The notes under the pieces are model-generated. The model was not told the origin of the DNA, made no database searches, and saw only the letters and a program-made list of their open reading frames with translations. From assembly GCF_006345805.1 (NCBI RefSeq), contig NC_043007.1:12896001-12960000 (forward strand): a DNA stretch of 64,000 bases. The letters are read 5' to 3'. This DNA is from Octopus sinensis. Its lineage: Eukaryota. Shown piece by piece: positions 50,499 to 63,690 of this stretch. The stretch's first letter is position 1. Every line of letters begins with the position of its first letter. The position numbers and the translations under genes were made by a program.

Positions 50499-51008
50499 TT
50501 AAACAATAATAAATGAGCATTACATTTGGCAGTGTAATTTGAATGCTAAAGGGTTAATAGAAAAAGTAGACATATCCACTTAACAATTCATGACCCTTAA
50601 CTGCGGAGACCGGGTTTTATAAACCAATCTATCATTTGAGGAATGTCATGCTTCTGTTGAGAAATGTCAAGTTTATTGAGGCAATGTGGCTTGCAGAAAA
50701 TACCAGTTCTATTTCTTGATGGATATTTAACACCATTACTGGAATAACCATGGAATTTAATTTCACAGTGAAAGGGTTAACTAGAAGAAAAATAATAGTG
50801 AGAGCTGGCAGCATTGTTAGCATTTCAGATGAAATGTTTAGTGGCTTGGCATTTCTTCTGGCTTTAGGTTATGAGAGTTCAAATGTCACTCAGGTCAGCT
50901 TTGTCTTTGATCCTTTCAGAGGTCAGTAAAATAAGTACCAGTCGAGCAATGGGAGTTGGTGTGATCGACTTACTCCTTCCTTTAAAATTGCTGGCATTGT
51001 GCCATAAA

Positions 51009-51656
51009 ATCATCATCATCATCGTTTAATGTCTGCTTTCCATGCTGGCATGTGCTGGATGGCTTGACTGAGGACTGGCAAACCAGGAGGCTGCACCAGG
51101 CTCCAATCTGATCTGGCAAGGTTTCTACAGCTGGATGCTCTTCCTAACACCAACCACTCTGAGACTGCAGTGGGTGCATTTACGTGCCACTGGTATGGGG
51201 GCCAGTCAGGTGGCACTGGCATTGACTACACTTGAATGGTACTTTTCATGTATCACTGGCACAGGAGCCAGTCAGGCGGCACTGGCATCGACCACACTCA
51301 AATGGTGCCAGTCAGGTGGTGCTGGCATCGGCCATGACAATGATTTCACTTGACTCAACAGGTCTTCTCAAGCACAGCATATTGCCTGACAATTGAAGAG
51401 TATTTTTAAACAGGCCAGTTATGCAATACTGGCATCGGTCATGGCTACGATCTCACTTGGCTTGCTGGATCATCTCAAGCACAGTATATCTCCAAAGGTC
51501 TTGGTCACTTGTCATTGCCTCCATGAGGCCCAAAGTTTGAAAGTCATGTTTCACCACCTCATCCTAGGTCTTCCTAGGTCTACCTCTTCCACAGGTTCCC
51601 TCCATTGTTAGGGTGTGACACTTCTCCACACAGCTGTCCTCATCCATACGCATATG
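51009..51656 (-). mobile_element. RTE-clade LINE 3' end: ORF2 C-terminus, 3' UTR and (GAT)n tail
   Basis: MRMDEDSCVEKC..L.MEGTCGRGRPRKT*DEVVKHDF.TLGL.EAMTSD.DLWRY, continuing into the family D UTR; this identifies family D as RTE 3' ends. Confidence 0.8.
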
Positions 51657-51989
51657 AAAGTATTATTCAGATAGTGTAACTCACTGTACATTATTCAACA
51701 TATATTATCTTTCTGTTTTTAAGAATAAGTACTAGGCTTTCAAAAATAAACCCTGGGTCTATTTGTTCGACTAAAATCTTTCCAAGAGGTGCCCCAGCAT
51801 GGCCACAATCAAATCACTGAAACAAGTAAAAGATAAAAGATAAATACATAGCTAAAACCTACAACTAAATATAATGTAGAGAAAACAGCACTTCTGGGTA
51901 GGACACGTATTGCATATAGAGCACTTAGAGTATGGTAGAAATAATAAGACTGAAATGAACCACAGCACATACCCAAAGCACACAGAATT

Positions 51990-52530
51990 GTGCTTGGTGG
52001 TGCAGTAGAAGGACACAATAAAAGAACAAGACTACTGGATAAAGATGTTGATGATGAAGATGATAATGTCAACAATGGTGATGATGATAACGATGAAGAT
52101 GACAATGACGGTGATGACAATGACAACGATGATGATGATGGCGATGACAATGACAGTAATGACAACAATTGTAATGATGATGATGACGACAACTATGGTG
52201 ATGATGACGACGACGATAGTGATGATGATGATGGCGGTGGTGGTGATGACGACGACGACGGTGACGACAACTATGACGATGGTGATGATGATGACAACGA
52301 TAGTGATGATGATGATGATTATGATGGTGGTGGTGGTGGTGATGATGACAATGATGGCAGTGATGCTGCTGCTGATGATGACGATGATGACAACTATGGT
52401 GATGATGATGACGATAGAGATGATGATGATGATGATTATGACGGCGGTTGTGGTGATGCTGAGGATGATAGCAGTGATGATGATGATGATGTGGACAGCG
52501 GTGATGACGACGATGACGATGATGATGAAC
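51990..52530. repeat. Degenerate (GAT/GAC/GGT)n trinucleotide minisatellite
   Basis: Low complexity with repeated ~60-bp blocks. Confidence 0.9.
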
Positions 52531-53185
52531 ATTTGCAAAAGTCTATTGTCTCTGTGGATGTATATAAATACTGAAGTGCCTGTTGTTTGTGAAAGAGAGA
52601 GAGAGACATAGTTTTCGAAAATAATTTCACAACGCAGTATGAAAAACTAAAAGGTCTTCTTTAGATGCTTCAGCAATGTCAATTGGTTGCTGTAATTATA
52701 GTTTAAAAGGCTTCAAGAGGGGGAATTCAAAGAACTTTTTCAATAACCGTATAATGAGTTTTAGAAAAAAAATATGTTGCTAACTTGTGACTGGGACATA
52801 CACTACAAGATAATTAGCATCTTGTTAAATGCTAAATAGTTATCATAGAGGCGGCGGTGGTGGTGATGGAGGTGGTGGTGTGTAGGTGTGGTTGTATTGG
52901 CAGAACTATTAGTAGCAGTAGTAGTGGTAGAAGTGGTGGGAGCGGAGCTGGTGGTTTGAGTGGTACTGATTGCAGTAATTAACAGTAGCAGCCGTAGTAG
53001 CAATGGTAGAGGTGGTGAAGTGGTGGCAGCAGCAGTGGTGGTGGAGATACTTGCAGTGGTGTGGTGGCGGTGGGAGTAGTAGGAGTAGTAGTGATAGTGT
53101 TGTCAGAGAAAGTGGTGGTGGTGATAGCAGTTGTAGCAGATTGCCAAGCATGGTTATAGTCTAATAATCACAACCAGTAAAATAA

Positions 53186-53265
<80 letters not shown>

Positions 53266-53603
53266 TATATATATGTTAAATATAAATATATATACATAAA
53301 TATATATATAATATATATAATATATATATATATATATAAATAATATATATATAAGTATATATAAATATAAATAAATAAATATATATATATTATATATATA
53401 AATATATATATATATATAATCATAAGGGCGCACAAGGCACCTACAACACTAAAACATGACAGAAAATCAACAGTAGACAGGTAGGTGCCTTGTGAGCCCT
53501 TATGATTTATATAAATATTAATTGTATAGCTATCTAATCTCTCATTATTTTCTTTCCTATATTTGAAAAGGAGAATTTTTCCTGAAATTTTAAAAATCAT
53601 TAA

Positions 53604-53824
53604 ACCTTTAACAGTCAAACCAGCCATATCTGGCCAGAATATTCTACCTGCTTTATGCTCAAACCAGCCAGATTCGACCTCTCACACCTACCCTACCATG
53701 TTATTTTAAAAGTAAACAGTTACATCATTTGAAATCACGAAGATACAAGATAATCCTTGGTTAATCTGAAAGAATGCAAATGTATAACCATAACATTTGA
53801 TAAAGTAATCTGAATGCTAAAGGG
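53604..53824. mobile_element. TTAA MITE family P2
   Basis: TTAA|ACCTTTAACAGTC...GAATGCTAAAGGG|TTAA. Confidence 0.65.
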
Positions 53825-54404
53825 TTAAGCAACCTAAGTAAAGTAATTCAATATCTTATCTCCATTTTCATTCATTGACATCAGCTACATTTTATGCTTA
53901 ACTCCTTTTTGACATAGTTCAAAGGTTTTCCAAACATGCATGTTTTGTGTGTGTACGCCCACCCCACCCCTACACATTCCACCCCAGCTTCCCTATCCTT
54001 CCTCATCACACCCACCCCATCCCTTACACCCACTCCCACATACCCCACCTTTACCCCCACCCTCAGCCTAACCCACACCCCACCCTTGCTTTCCCCACTC
54101 TCACCTCCCTCGCATCCCAATACCATCACACCACTACACTGCCATACCACACAACACATCACAACACACCACCACGCACACACCAGCACTGACCACTTCC
54201 CAGTCCCACATTTTCACACTTACACATACACACACGCACACATCAAGATCACCAGCCCTCTTCCACACACATATACAAATTCACTTATACACACGCATGT
54301 GCACCTTTGTTTTGGGATCACCACTACTTTATTATCTCCCCCTTTCCCAGCTCTCCTGTGTTACCCTTCTGTCCGGCCTTTGCCATGATAGATTGCTAGC
54401 CACT

Positions 54405-54575
54405 ACACATTCTTTATTTTCTCTTCTTGTTTCTTTTTGTGTTCCTTTCCGTGGAAGAGTGTAGGCTCGAAATGTTAAAGACTTTTTCACTTGCTGAGCA
54501 TTAAACTAATACATCTGTTTGTTGTCTACACCACCTGTCTTCGTCATTTGTTTTTTTGTGAATTCTCCCTATATA
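54405..54575 (+). mobile_element. Penelope-like terminal fragment, decayed hammerhead-like motif (54445-54480)
   Basis: CTTT-CCGTGGA-A-GAGT-GTAG-GCTC-GAAATGTT-AAAG; homologous to 46480. Confidence 0.55.
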
Positions 54576-54582
54576 TATAAGT

Positions 54583-54910
54583 AGGCGCAGGAGTGGCTGT
54601 GTGGTAAGTAGCTTGCTTACCTACCACATGGTTCCGGGTTCAGTCCCACTGTGTGGCACCTTGGGCATGTGTTTTCTGCTATAGCCTTGGGCTGACCAAA
54701 GCCTCGTGAGTGGATTTGGTAGACTGAAACTGAAAAAAGCCCGTCATATATATATGTGTGTGTGTGTTTGCCCTCTCCCACCAACATTGCTTGACAACCA
54801 ATAGAATAAGTACTAGGCGTACAAAGAATAAGTCATAGGGTTGATTTGCTAGGCTAAAGGCGATGCTTCAGCATGGCTGCACTCAAATGACTAAAACAAG
54901 TAAAAGAATA
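54583..54910 (+). mobile_element. SINE family A with internal deletion
   Basis: Head and tail present; the GATGCTGG...GAGACCG block is missing. Confidence 0.85.
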
Positions 54911-55144
54911 TATATGAACACAGACATCAACAAAAGTAAATAGACACCTTTATCCCTGAAAGATCTATTTCTAGAAACAAAATGATGTCATTTGATACAT
55001 TTAAATCTAGTATTTAGTTAATCTATGAGGACATTGCACAAATGATTAGCTCCCATATATATAACGAGGCATATCTATTTAGTTTTGAGCTGTCTGTGTG
55101 TGAGACAGACAGATAGATAGATAAATAGATAGATAGATAGATAT

Positions 55145-55362
55145 ATTTCTTTACTGCCCACATGGGGCTAAACACAGAGGGGACAAACAAGGACAGACAA
55201 AGGGATTAAGTCGATTACATCAACCCCAGTGCGAAACTGGTACTTTTTTTATCGACCCCGAAAGGGTGAAAGGCAAAGCTGACCTTGGCGGAATTTGTAC
55301 TCAGAACGTAATGACAGACGAAATACCGCTAAGCATTTCGCCCAGTGCGCTAATGTTTCAGC
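55145..55362 (-). mobile_element. SINE family C, single copy with head
   Basis: Core, tail and head (CGGTATTTCGTCTG). Confidence 0.8.
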
Positions 55363-55373
55363 TATTAGATAGA

Positions 55374-55408
<35 letters not shown>

Positions 55409-56276
55409 GTGAAACGATTCCAATGAATCTGCCTCTACAAATAAATGACTATTCCGGTTATTTAAACAACGGAACTTGTTCAACTGCAGCCTCGTTAATT
55501 GATAATCTACTTCATCACTGCTTCTTCAATATTTGTATCCTTTGCAGATCTCATGTATACTTCCTTTCATCAAAATGTTTGTACATATGTACATGTATAC
55601 ATACATACATGTATATATATATATACATACATACATACACAAGCATACATATATATAAAGCATATATATATACACACAGACACCCACATATACACACACA
55701 TATATATAATCACACACACACATATATATATACACATACATACATATACACACATACACATATACACGCATATACATATATATAATCATACATATATATA
55801 TACACGTATATACATAGACATACATATATACACATATACACACATACACATATATATAATCATACACATACATATATATGTACTCATACACACACACACA
55901 CACATATACACACATACACATATATAATCATGCATATATATATACACACACACACACACAATGTTAGTACTATACTGGTTTACATGGTTGATTGAAAGCA
56001 TTACATAAGAGAAGCAGGATGAGCCAGAGATGTAACATTGGGGGTGAAGTGGGCAAAAGGATGTGACAGAAAATAGGGGTGGCAAGTGGGTGGTGGTGGT
56101 GGTGTCGGGGGAAGAAGGGAGAGTTAGAAGAAAGATTGAGGAAGTCGGAGATTAAAGAAGTCATATGATGAAAATGTGTGGTGGTGGTGGTGGTGGTGGA
56201 GAGAGAGGGAGAGAGGTGGGGAAGAAAGCATGGAAAAGAAGAGGAGGATGGATAAAGGGGAGAGGTTGTGATAATA

Positions 56277-56279
<3 letters not shown>

Positions 56280-56308
<29 letters not shown>

Positions 56309-56690
56309 AGTGTATGTAAGTGTATGTGTGTGTGAGGGTGTGTATATGTGAGTGTGTGTGTGTGTGTGTGAGTGTGTGTATGTAAGTGTGTGTGTGTGAG
56401 TGTGTGTATATGTGAGCGTATGTATGTGTGTGAGTGTGTGTATATGTGAGTGTGTGTGTGTGTGTGTGTGAGTGTGAGTATATGTGAGTGCATGTGTGAG
56501 TGTGTGTATATGTGAGTGTATGTGTGTGTGTGTATGTGTAAATGTGTAGTGAGGGAGGAAGGTGTAGAAGAATACAGATTCCTGTGTGTATGTGTGTGTG
56601 TATGTGTGCATGTGTGAGCGTGTGTATGTGTGTGTGTATGTGTGTATGCGTATGTGTGTATGTGTGTGTGTATGTGTGTGTGTATGTGTG
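56280..56690. repeat. (GT)n/(GAGT) compound microsatellite
   Basis: Source of the 200-314 aa HT-repeat ORFs. Confidence 0.95.
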
Positions 56691-56759
56691 TGATGAGAGG
56701 AGGTGTGAATAATAATGAGGGTGTGGATGAAAGAGGAATACCAGAGACTGTGAGAAAAG

Positions 56760-56797
<38 letters not shown>

Positions 56798-56985
56798 TGG
56801 AGGGAGAGAGGGAGATAAATAGAGGGATGAGTGGAGGGTGGGTGTGGAGAGAGAAGTTGAGGCTAAAAAGAGAAAAAAACAAAAAAAAGCCTGAGAAAAG
56901 AGAAAGTAGACCAAGAGAAACTAGAGATGAGAACCGCAGTTTCCATCCTGGGTCTCAGGACTGAAACGAGGGAGAAAATTTAGTT

Positions 56986-57605
56986 CAGAGGTTCTCAAAC
57001 ATTTTGGGCCACTGCCCCACCCCTCATGGCCACATAATACCCTCAGAGCTCCCACCCCTATTTTTATGTATAAATAAATATTTTACTAATTTATATATAT
57101 ACTATGGTGGAGGCACATGGCCTAGTAGTTAGAGCAGCGGACTCGCGGTCGAGGGATCGCGGGTTCGAATCTCAGACTGGGCGATGTATGTGTCTATGAG
57201 CGCAACACCTGATCTCCACGCGGCTCTGGCAGAAGGTAATGGCAAACTTCCACTGACTCTTTTGCCACAATTTTCCCTCACTCTTTCCTCCTGCATCTTG
57301 CAGCCCACCTGCGATGGACCGGTGTCCCATCCAGGTGGGGAACCTATATGTCAAGGAAACCAGGAAACCGGCCCTTATGAACTTGGCGTGACTCAAGAAG
57401 GAACAAACAATATATACTATGAATCATTTGATGTTTAATATAATTTGTATACAATACTATAATATAAATTCATTGTGTCCCCCAATCCACTGCCTTTCTC
57501 TCAATGCCTATTTCTCTACTGCCCCCTTAGACACCAGCTCTCACCTGGATCCTCTCAACGTCCACTGGGGGGGGGGGGCAGTAGCACCCACTTTGAGAAC
57601 CTATG
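56986..57605. mobile_element. hAT (Charlie/MER5-type) MITE with nested SINE
   Basis: CAGAGGTTCTCAAA...TTTGAGAACCTATG; perfect 8-bp TSD ATTTAGTT. Confidence 0.85.
57107..57409 (+). mobile_element. SINE family B (tail type c), full length
   Basis: A box TGGCCTAGTAG, B box GGTTCGAATCT; 12-bp TSD ATATATACTATG. Confidence 0.88.
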
Positions 57606-57966
57606 ATTTAGTTGATGCCACCAAGCTTAGTATTTGGTCAGTATTTATGTTGTTGACTGAGAAGAGATGAAAGGAAAAGTTGATTTCAGCAGGATTTGAC
57701 CTCACAATGTAATGATTCACATTGTGTGGTATTTAGACTGTTGCTGTTAAGGTTGTAAAAGCAATGAAAATTTTGGAAGAAAAAAATATAAATGGTAAGT
57801 GAGTGGAAATCGAACCAGTGAGTGTGTTAGATAATAAGACATGACAATATGACTCTCCCCAGACACAACAAAATTTGCTTCAACACACGAATTCACATAA
57901 AGAATCTTGCAAGCCAGACACAAAAACAAATAATAATAATGGTGCAAGAATTTTGCTAATCAGTCA

Positions 57967-58006
<40 letters not shown>

Positions 58007-58010
<4 letters not shown>

Positions 58011-58395
58011 CGCAGGAGTGGCTGTGTGGTAAGTAGCTTGTTTACCCACATGATTCCGGGTTCAGTCCCACTGTGTGGCACCTTGGGCAAGTGTCTTCTA
58101 CTATAGCCTCAGGCCGACCAAAGCCTTGTGAGTGGATTTGGTAGACGGAAACTGAAAGAAGCCTGTCGTATATATGTATATATATATATGCGTGTGTGTG
58201 TTTGTGTGTCTGTGTTTGTCCCCCTAGCATTGTTGGTGTGTTTATGTCCCCGTTACTTAGCGGTTCGGCAAAAGAGACCGATAGAATAAGTACTGGGCTT
58301 ACAAAAGAATAAGTCCCGGGGTCGAGTTGCTCGATTAAAAAGGCGGTGCTCCAGCATGGCCGCAGTCAAATGACTGAAACAAGTAAAAGAGTAAA
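58007..58395 (+). mobile_element. SINE family A, full length
   Basis: Head to tail. Confidence 0.9.
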
Positions 58396-58502
58396 TATAA
58401 TATATACACACATTCACACAAACACAAATTTAGTTACTGGTGCACAAAAAATATAGTTACTTTCACACACTAGTTGCATACACCCACAGACATGTATACA
58501 TA

Positions 58503-58808
58503 ACTAGCAGTATCGCCCGGCGTTGCTCGGGTTTGTAAGGGAAATAACTATATAAGCATTTTTAGAGAGTTACTTCCCTTATATAGTAGCGAAAAAATGC
58601 ATTAAAAATGGGAAAAAATGATGGTAAATTTTTTTTTAAATTGTAGACTCATCGTAGACGCATGCTAATACCCAGAAGGGCTCGATATGAATCACGACTA
58701 TAAGATACCCGCTTTTGGTTAAACTGCACCGCAAAATGTGGGAGTAGTTAGGAATCTAAATCGTAGGAGACAGACAGACACACAACTTCACTTTTATATA
58801 TAAAGATT
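58503..58808 (+). mobile_element. Helitron-like element, short form
   Basis: Same termini as the 6645 copy, with (GACA)n. Confidence 0.72.
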
Positions 58809-59094
58809 ACATGCACAAAGACACACACTCACACACATATATATTTACATACACATACACACATTTATTTCATCTAATCACAAAGAAACATATATATGTA
58901 GATGAACAAACAAATCCGGCAACCAGTGAGTGGTGGGGGGTGGAGGCAGGGAAGTGTGGTGACCTAACAGATGTGTATAAAACGAGCAATGAAATGTCAT
59001 CTGATCTACACAACAGGAAAGATAGAGAAAAAAACAACAACAAAACAAAGGAAATAATGAAATAAAAATAAGAGAAAAAGAAGAAAAACAATAT

Positions 59095-59501
59095 ACTCTT
59101 TACTCTTTTACTTGTTTCAGTCATTTGACTGTGGCCATGCTGGAGCACTGCCTTTAGTCGGAGCACATCGACTCCAGGACTTATTCTTTGTAAGCCTAGT
59201 ACTCTTTTACTTGTTTCAGTCATTTGACTGCGGCCATGCTGGAGCACTGCCTTTAGTCGGAGCACATCGACTCCAGGACTTATTCTTTGTAAGCCTAGTA
59301 CTCTTTTACTTGTTTCAGTCATTTGACTGCGGCCATGCTGGAGCACAGCCTTTAATCGAGCAACTCGACCCCGGCACTTATTCTTTGTAAGCCCAGTACT
59401 TATTCTATCGGTCTCTTTTGCCGAACCGCTAAGTGACAGGGACATAAACATACCAGCATCGGTTGTCAAGCAATGCTAGGGGGACAAACACAGACACACA
59501 A

Positions 59502-59546
<45 letters not shown>

Positions 59547-59711
59547 TACGACGGGCTTCTTTCAGTTTCCATCTACCAAATTCACTCACAAGGCTTTGGT
59601 CGGCCCGAGGCTATAGTAGAAGACACTTACCCAAGGTGCCACGCAGTGGGACTGAACCCGGAACCATGTGGTTGGTAAACAAGCTACTTACCACACAGCC
59701 ACTCCTGCGCC
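59095..59711 (-). mobile_element. SINE family A with a 99-bp tail segment triplicated
   Basis: Unit starts at 59101, 59200 and 59299. Confidence 0.9.
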
Positions 59712-59860
59712 TATCGGCCTCTTTTGCCGAACTGCTAAGTTACGGGGACGTAAACACACCAGCTTCGGTTGTCAAGCGATGTTGGGGAGACAAACCAAAA
59801 TCTTGTGATTGTGAGTGCAACCCCCAAACCACTAGGCCATGCTTCCTCATATATACATAT

Positions 59861-60255
59861 ACTAGCAGTATCGCCCGGCATTGCTCGGGTTTGTAAGGGA
59901 AATAACTATATAAACATTTTTAGAGATGTAAAGTATAATAGCCATCTCAATATGGCTAACCACAAAGGGGTGTGTTACTGTAGCTTTTTACGTTCTGAGA
60001 TTTAATAATACATTTTTAGAGAGATACTTCCCTTATATAACAGCAAAAAAATGCATTAAAAAATGGGAAAAAATGATGGTAAATTTTTTCTTAAATCGTA
60101 GACTCATCGTAGACGCGCGCTAATACCCAGAAGGGCTCGATATGAATCACGACTATAAGATACCCGGTTTTGGTTTAACTGCACCGCAAAATGTGGGAGT
60201 AGTTAGGAATCTAAATTGTAGGAGACAGACACACAACTTCACTTTTATATATAAA
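59861..60255 (+). mobile_element. Helitron-like element with an additional internal segment
   Basis: Same termini; extra GATGTAAAG...CTGAGATTTAAT block with a duplicated ACATTTTTAGAGA. Confidence 0.7.
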
Positions 60256-60323
60256 AATATGAGTGTTTGTCTTTGACCCCACCCCCAACTACCACCACTG
60301 CTGCCGAGATATTCAGCAATAGA

Positions 60324-60550
60324 ACTTTGTAATAAAGCTTGTTTGCCAGCATAACATGGCAGTCCTGGTTTAGGACGAATGTTGCTGTAATTTAGCCCCA
60401 GGTGCTAGATTCCCTTGTTCGAAAGTATAAGGACACAGATTGTGTCGTATAGCCGGCTGGAGATGATATCTCCTGGGGCTAAATTACAGCAACATTAGTC
60501 CTAAACCAGGACTGCCATGTTATGTTGGCAAACAATCTTTATTACAAAGT
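60324..60550. repeat. 79-bp inverted repeat (3 mismatches) with 69-bp spacer; fold-back/MITE-like
   Basis: Arms 60324-60402 and 60472-60550. Confidence 0.85.
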
Positions 60551-60744
60551 CCTGTTACTAAACCTCTTGGCGGTGGCAGCGGTGGTGGTGGTGGTTGGGA
60601 GGCAAACAGTCTTTACTACAACTAATGGTTTGTTGACATCTGTATAACTTAGCAGCAGTTCAATGTAAGTAACTGATAGGATAAGTACCAGTTTTTAAAA
60701 AAAAGAAAGAAAGAAAGAAAGAACTGTGGTTGATTTGTTTACTC

Positions 60745-60972
60745 TTTCACTCTTTTACTTGTTTCAGTCGTTTGACTGTGGCCATGCTGGAGCACTGCCT
60801 TTAGTCGAGCAAATCGACCCCAGGACTTATTTTTTTGTAAGACTAGTACTTATTCTATCAGTTTCTTATGCTGAACCGCTAGGTTACGGAGACGTAACAC
60901 ACCAGCATCGGTTGTCAAGCGATGTTGGGAGGACAAACACATACACACGCACACACACACACATATATATAC

Positions 60973-61008
<36 letters not shown>

Positions 61009-61172
61009 GATGGGATTCTTTCAGTTTCCGTCTACCAAATCCACTCACAAGGCTTCAGTCGGCCCGAGGCTATAGTAAAAGACACTTGCCCAAGGTGCTA
61101 CACAGTGGGACTGAACCGGGAACCATGTGGTTGGTAAGCAAGCTACTTACCACACACCCACTCCTACGCCTA
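60745..61172 (-). mobile_element. SINE family A, full length
   Basis: Head to tail. Confidence 0.88.
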
Positions 61173-61637
61173 CATGTTTGACGAAACCCCTAAAGACAGT
61201 GGCTCCGGCATGGCCACAGTCCAATGACTGAAACAAGTAAGAAAAAAGAAATGTAATATAAAGGACAAAAGTACATGTGTGTCTGGAATACTCAACCACT
61301 TTCATCCTAATTCAATGAGCAGGAAGTTTCCAGACAAGTGAATGAGTGAGCATGCACCATTGAAATCGACAGAAAACGCCTTTTTGCTTAGCTTTATGCA
61401 ACCATGTTATTCATACGCACGCAGCAACGACTTAACCAGAGAACAATAAGCGACAAAGGAAGAAAAGATTTTAAGGGAAGGAAAAGAGATGTCACGATCC
61501 AGCTGGAAGTTATCTGAGACAAGAACAAATGGCTGCGGCAGAGGTTTGGGGTTAGGAAATGGCGGTACACGGTGGAAAAGACTGTTGTGCGTGTATTTAT
61601 GTAATACGTGTATACACACACATATATACATACACAT

Positions 61638-61674
<37 letters not shown>

Positions 61675-61902
61675 CATATAAATACACACACACACACACA
61701 TATATATATATACATATAAATACACACACACACACATATACACACATATACATACACACACACATATATATATATATATATACATATACATCACACATAT
61801 ATACTTATACATACGCATATATATACATATACATACACACAGACATATATATATACATGCACAAACACACACACATATATATACTTATACATACACACAC
61901 AC

Positions 61903-61934
<32 letters not shown>

Positions 61935-62379
61935 ATATGTATATATCCATATCCATATTTATATATATATACATATATATATATATACACATATACATAC
62001 ATATATACATATTTATATATACACGCACACAAACATACACACACATCCTCTCTTTCTCTCTTCCTACCTCTCCAGGGTACTATCATAGTTTTCACCGTAC
62101 AAGAATTCTCTGGTAGTGTTAATACCATTGGTACAGTTTAATGATGCGTAGAGCTGCAGTTAATGATTTCACTATGTAACACATTCACACATGAAGAAGC
62201 TGCTTAGCTGTCATTGTAGCAAGTATGAGCCACCGATAGCTCGTACCGTACTAGTTTCACTACTTTTTTTTAGGTGCCTCTGTAGCCAGAAACAGACACA
62301 GACGTCTTTTTGACCTTTCCCACATTTGACCCAGAGAATTTGGCAGACAGAAACTGTGTGGAAGCCTTTCATTACAAAT

Positions 62380-62901
62380 TCGATGACAGCACTGCATGAC
62401 TGGCATCCATGCTAGTGGAGCGCTAAGAGCACCATCCGAGTGTGATCTTTGCCAGGGCCGCTGACTGGCCCACATGCTGGTGGCACGTAAAAAGCACCAT
62501 TTGAGCTTTTTTTTTTATTGGACCCAGGAGGAGGTAGTAAGGTTATAGAGCCCTGATCGTTACCAGCGTCGCCTTACTGGCACTTGTGCTGGTGGTACAT
62601 GAAAATCAACATTCAAGCGAGTGTGTTGCTAGTGCCACTGGACAAGCTCCTGTGCAGGTGACACATAAAAACACCATTTGAGTGTGGCCGTTGCCTGTAC
62701 CGCCTGACTGGCCTTCGTGCTGGTGGCACGTAAAAGCACTCACTACACTCTCGGAGTGGTTAGCATTAGGAAGGGCATCCAGCTGTAGAAACTCTGCCAG
62801 ATCAGATCGGAGCTTGGCACAGCCATCTGGCTCACCAGTCCCCAGTCAAACTGCCCAGCCTATGCCAGCATGGAAAGTGGACATTAAACATTAAATGATG
62901 A

Positions 62902-62938
<37 letters not shown>

Positions 62939-63066
62939 AGAAACTCTGCCAGACCAAGATTGGAGCCTGGTGCAGCCATCTGGTTTGCCAGCCCTCAGTC
63001 AAAATCGTCCAACCCATGCTAGCATGGAAAGCGGAGGTTAAACGATGATGATGATGATGATGATGA
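62380..63066 (+). mobile_element. RTE-LINE 3' UTR fragments (family D), two successive ends
   Basis: Tandem GGTGGCACGTAAAAAGCACC subrepeats, core, and (GAT)n tails near 62900 and 63060. Confidence 0.75.
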
Positions 63067-63259
63067 TATGTATATATATATGTGTAAGTAGCAGTAAGAA
63101 GCTTGCTTCCCAACCACATGGTTCCGTGTTCAGTCCCAATGAGTTGGATGCTAGTCCACCACGGGGTTAACTTCCCAGCTATCACAGGTACTGATAGTTG
63201 GACAGAAAGAGAACTGAACCGACTAAATGCTGGTGTAGTTCTCTTTGGTTTTCAGTGAA

Positions 63260-63690
63260 GGCATATGGTCCAGTGGTTAGGGTGTTGGACTCTTGATCAT
63301 AAGATTGTGGTTTCAATTCCCAACCCAGGTGATATGTTGTGTTCTACAGCAAAACACTTCATTTCACATTGCCCCAGTCCACTCAACTGAAAGTACCTGT
63401 GATGGCTGGGAAGTTAACCCTGTGATGGACCAGCATTCTATCGTGGATGAGCATGGCTTAATGGTTAGGATATCAGACCCATGATTGTAAGACTGTGGTT
63501 TCGATTCCTGGACCAGGCAACATGTGTTCTAGATCAAAACACTTCATTTCCCGTTGGTCCAGTCAACTCAAATGGCAAAAATGAGTAACCTTGTGATGGA
63601 TTGGTGACCCGTCCAGGTGGAGAATTTATACGCCTTGAAACCAGGAAACTGGCCCTTATGAGTCAGTGTGACTCAAAAAGGTAACTTTAC
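63260..63690 (+). mobile_element. Two diverged tandem tRNA-derived SINEs ending in the type-c tail
   Basis: GTGGTTAGG A-box-like heads; TGTGATGGA...CCAGG...GAAACCAGGAAACTGGCCCTTATGA shared with the 57107 copy. Confidence 0.55.

Larger units (their letters stand above)
49694..50553. mobile_element. TTAA MITE family P2 (host) containing two nested insertions
   Basis: TTAA|CTTTTTAGCATT...AATGCTAAAGGG|TTAA; collinear with the uninterrupted relative at 53604-53824. Confidence 0.7.

Noticed and set aside
51990-52574. 194-aa Asp-rich ORF resembling acidic biomineralisation proteins
   Set aside because: TTG start, no signal peptide or splice support, and a degenerate (GAT)n tract rarely mutates to a stop in that frame.
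57107-57180. tRNA-like sequence with A/B boxes as a tRNA gene
   Set aside because: No closed cloverleaf; it continues into a SINE body and is enclosed by a 12-bp TSD.
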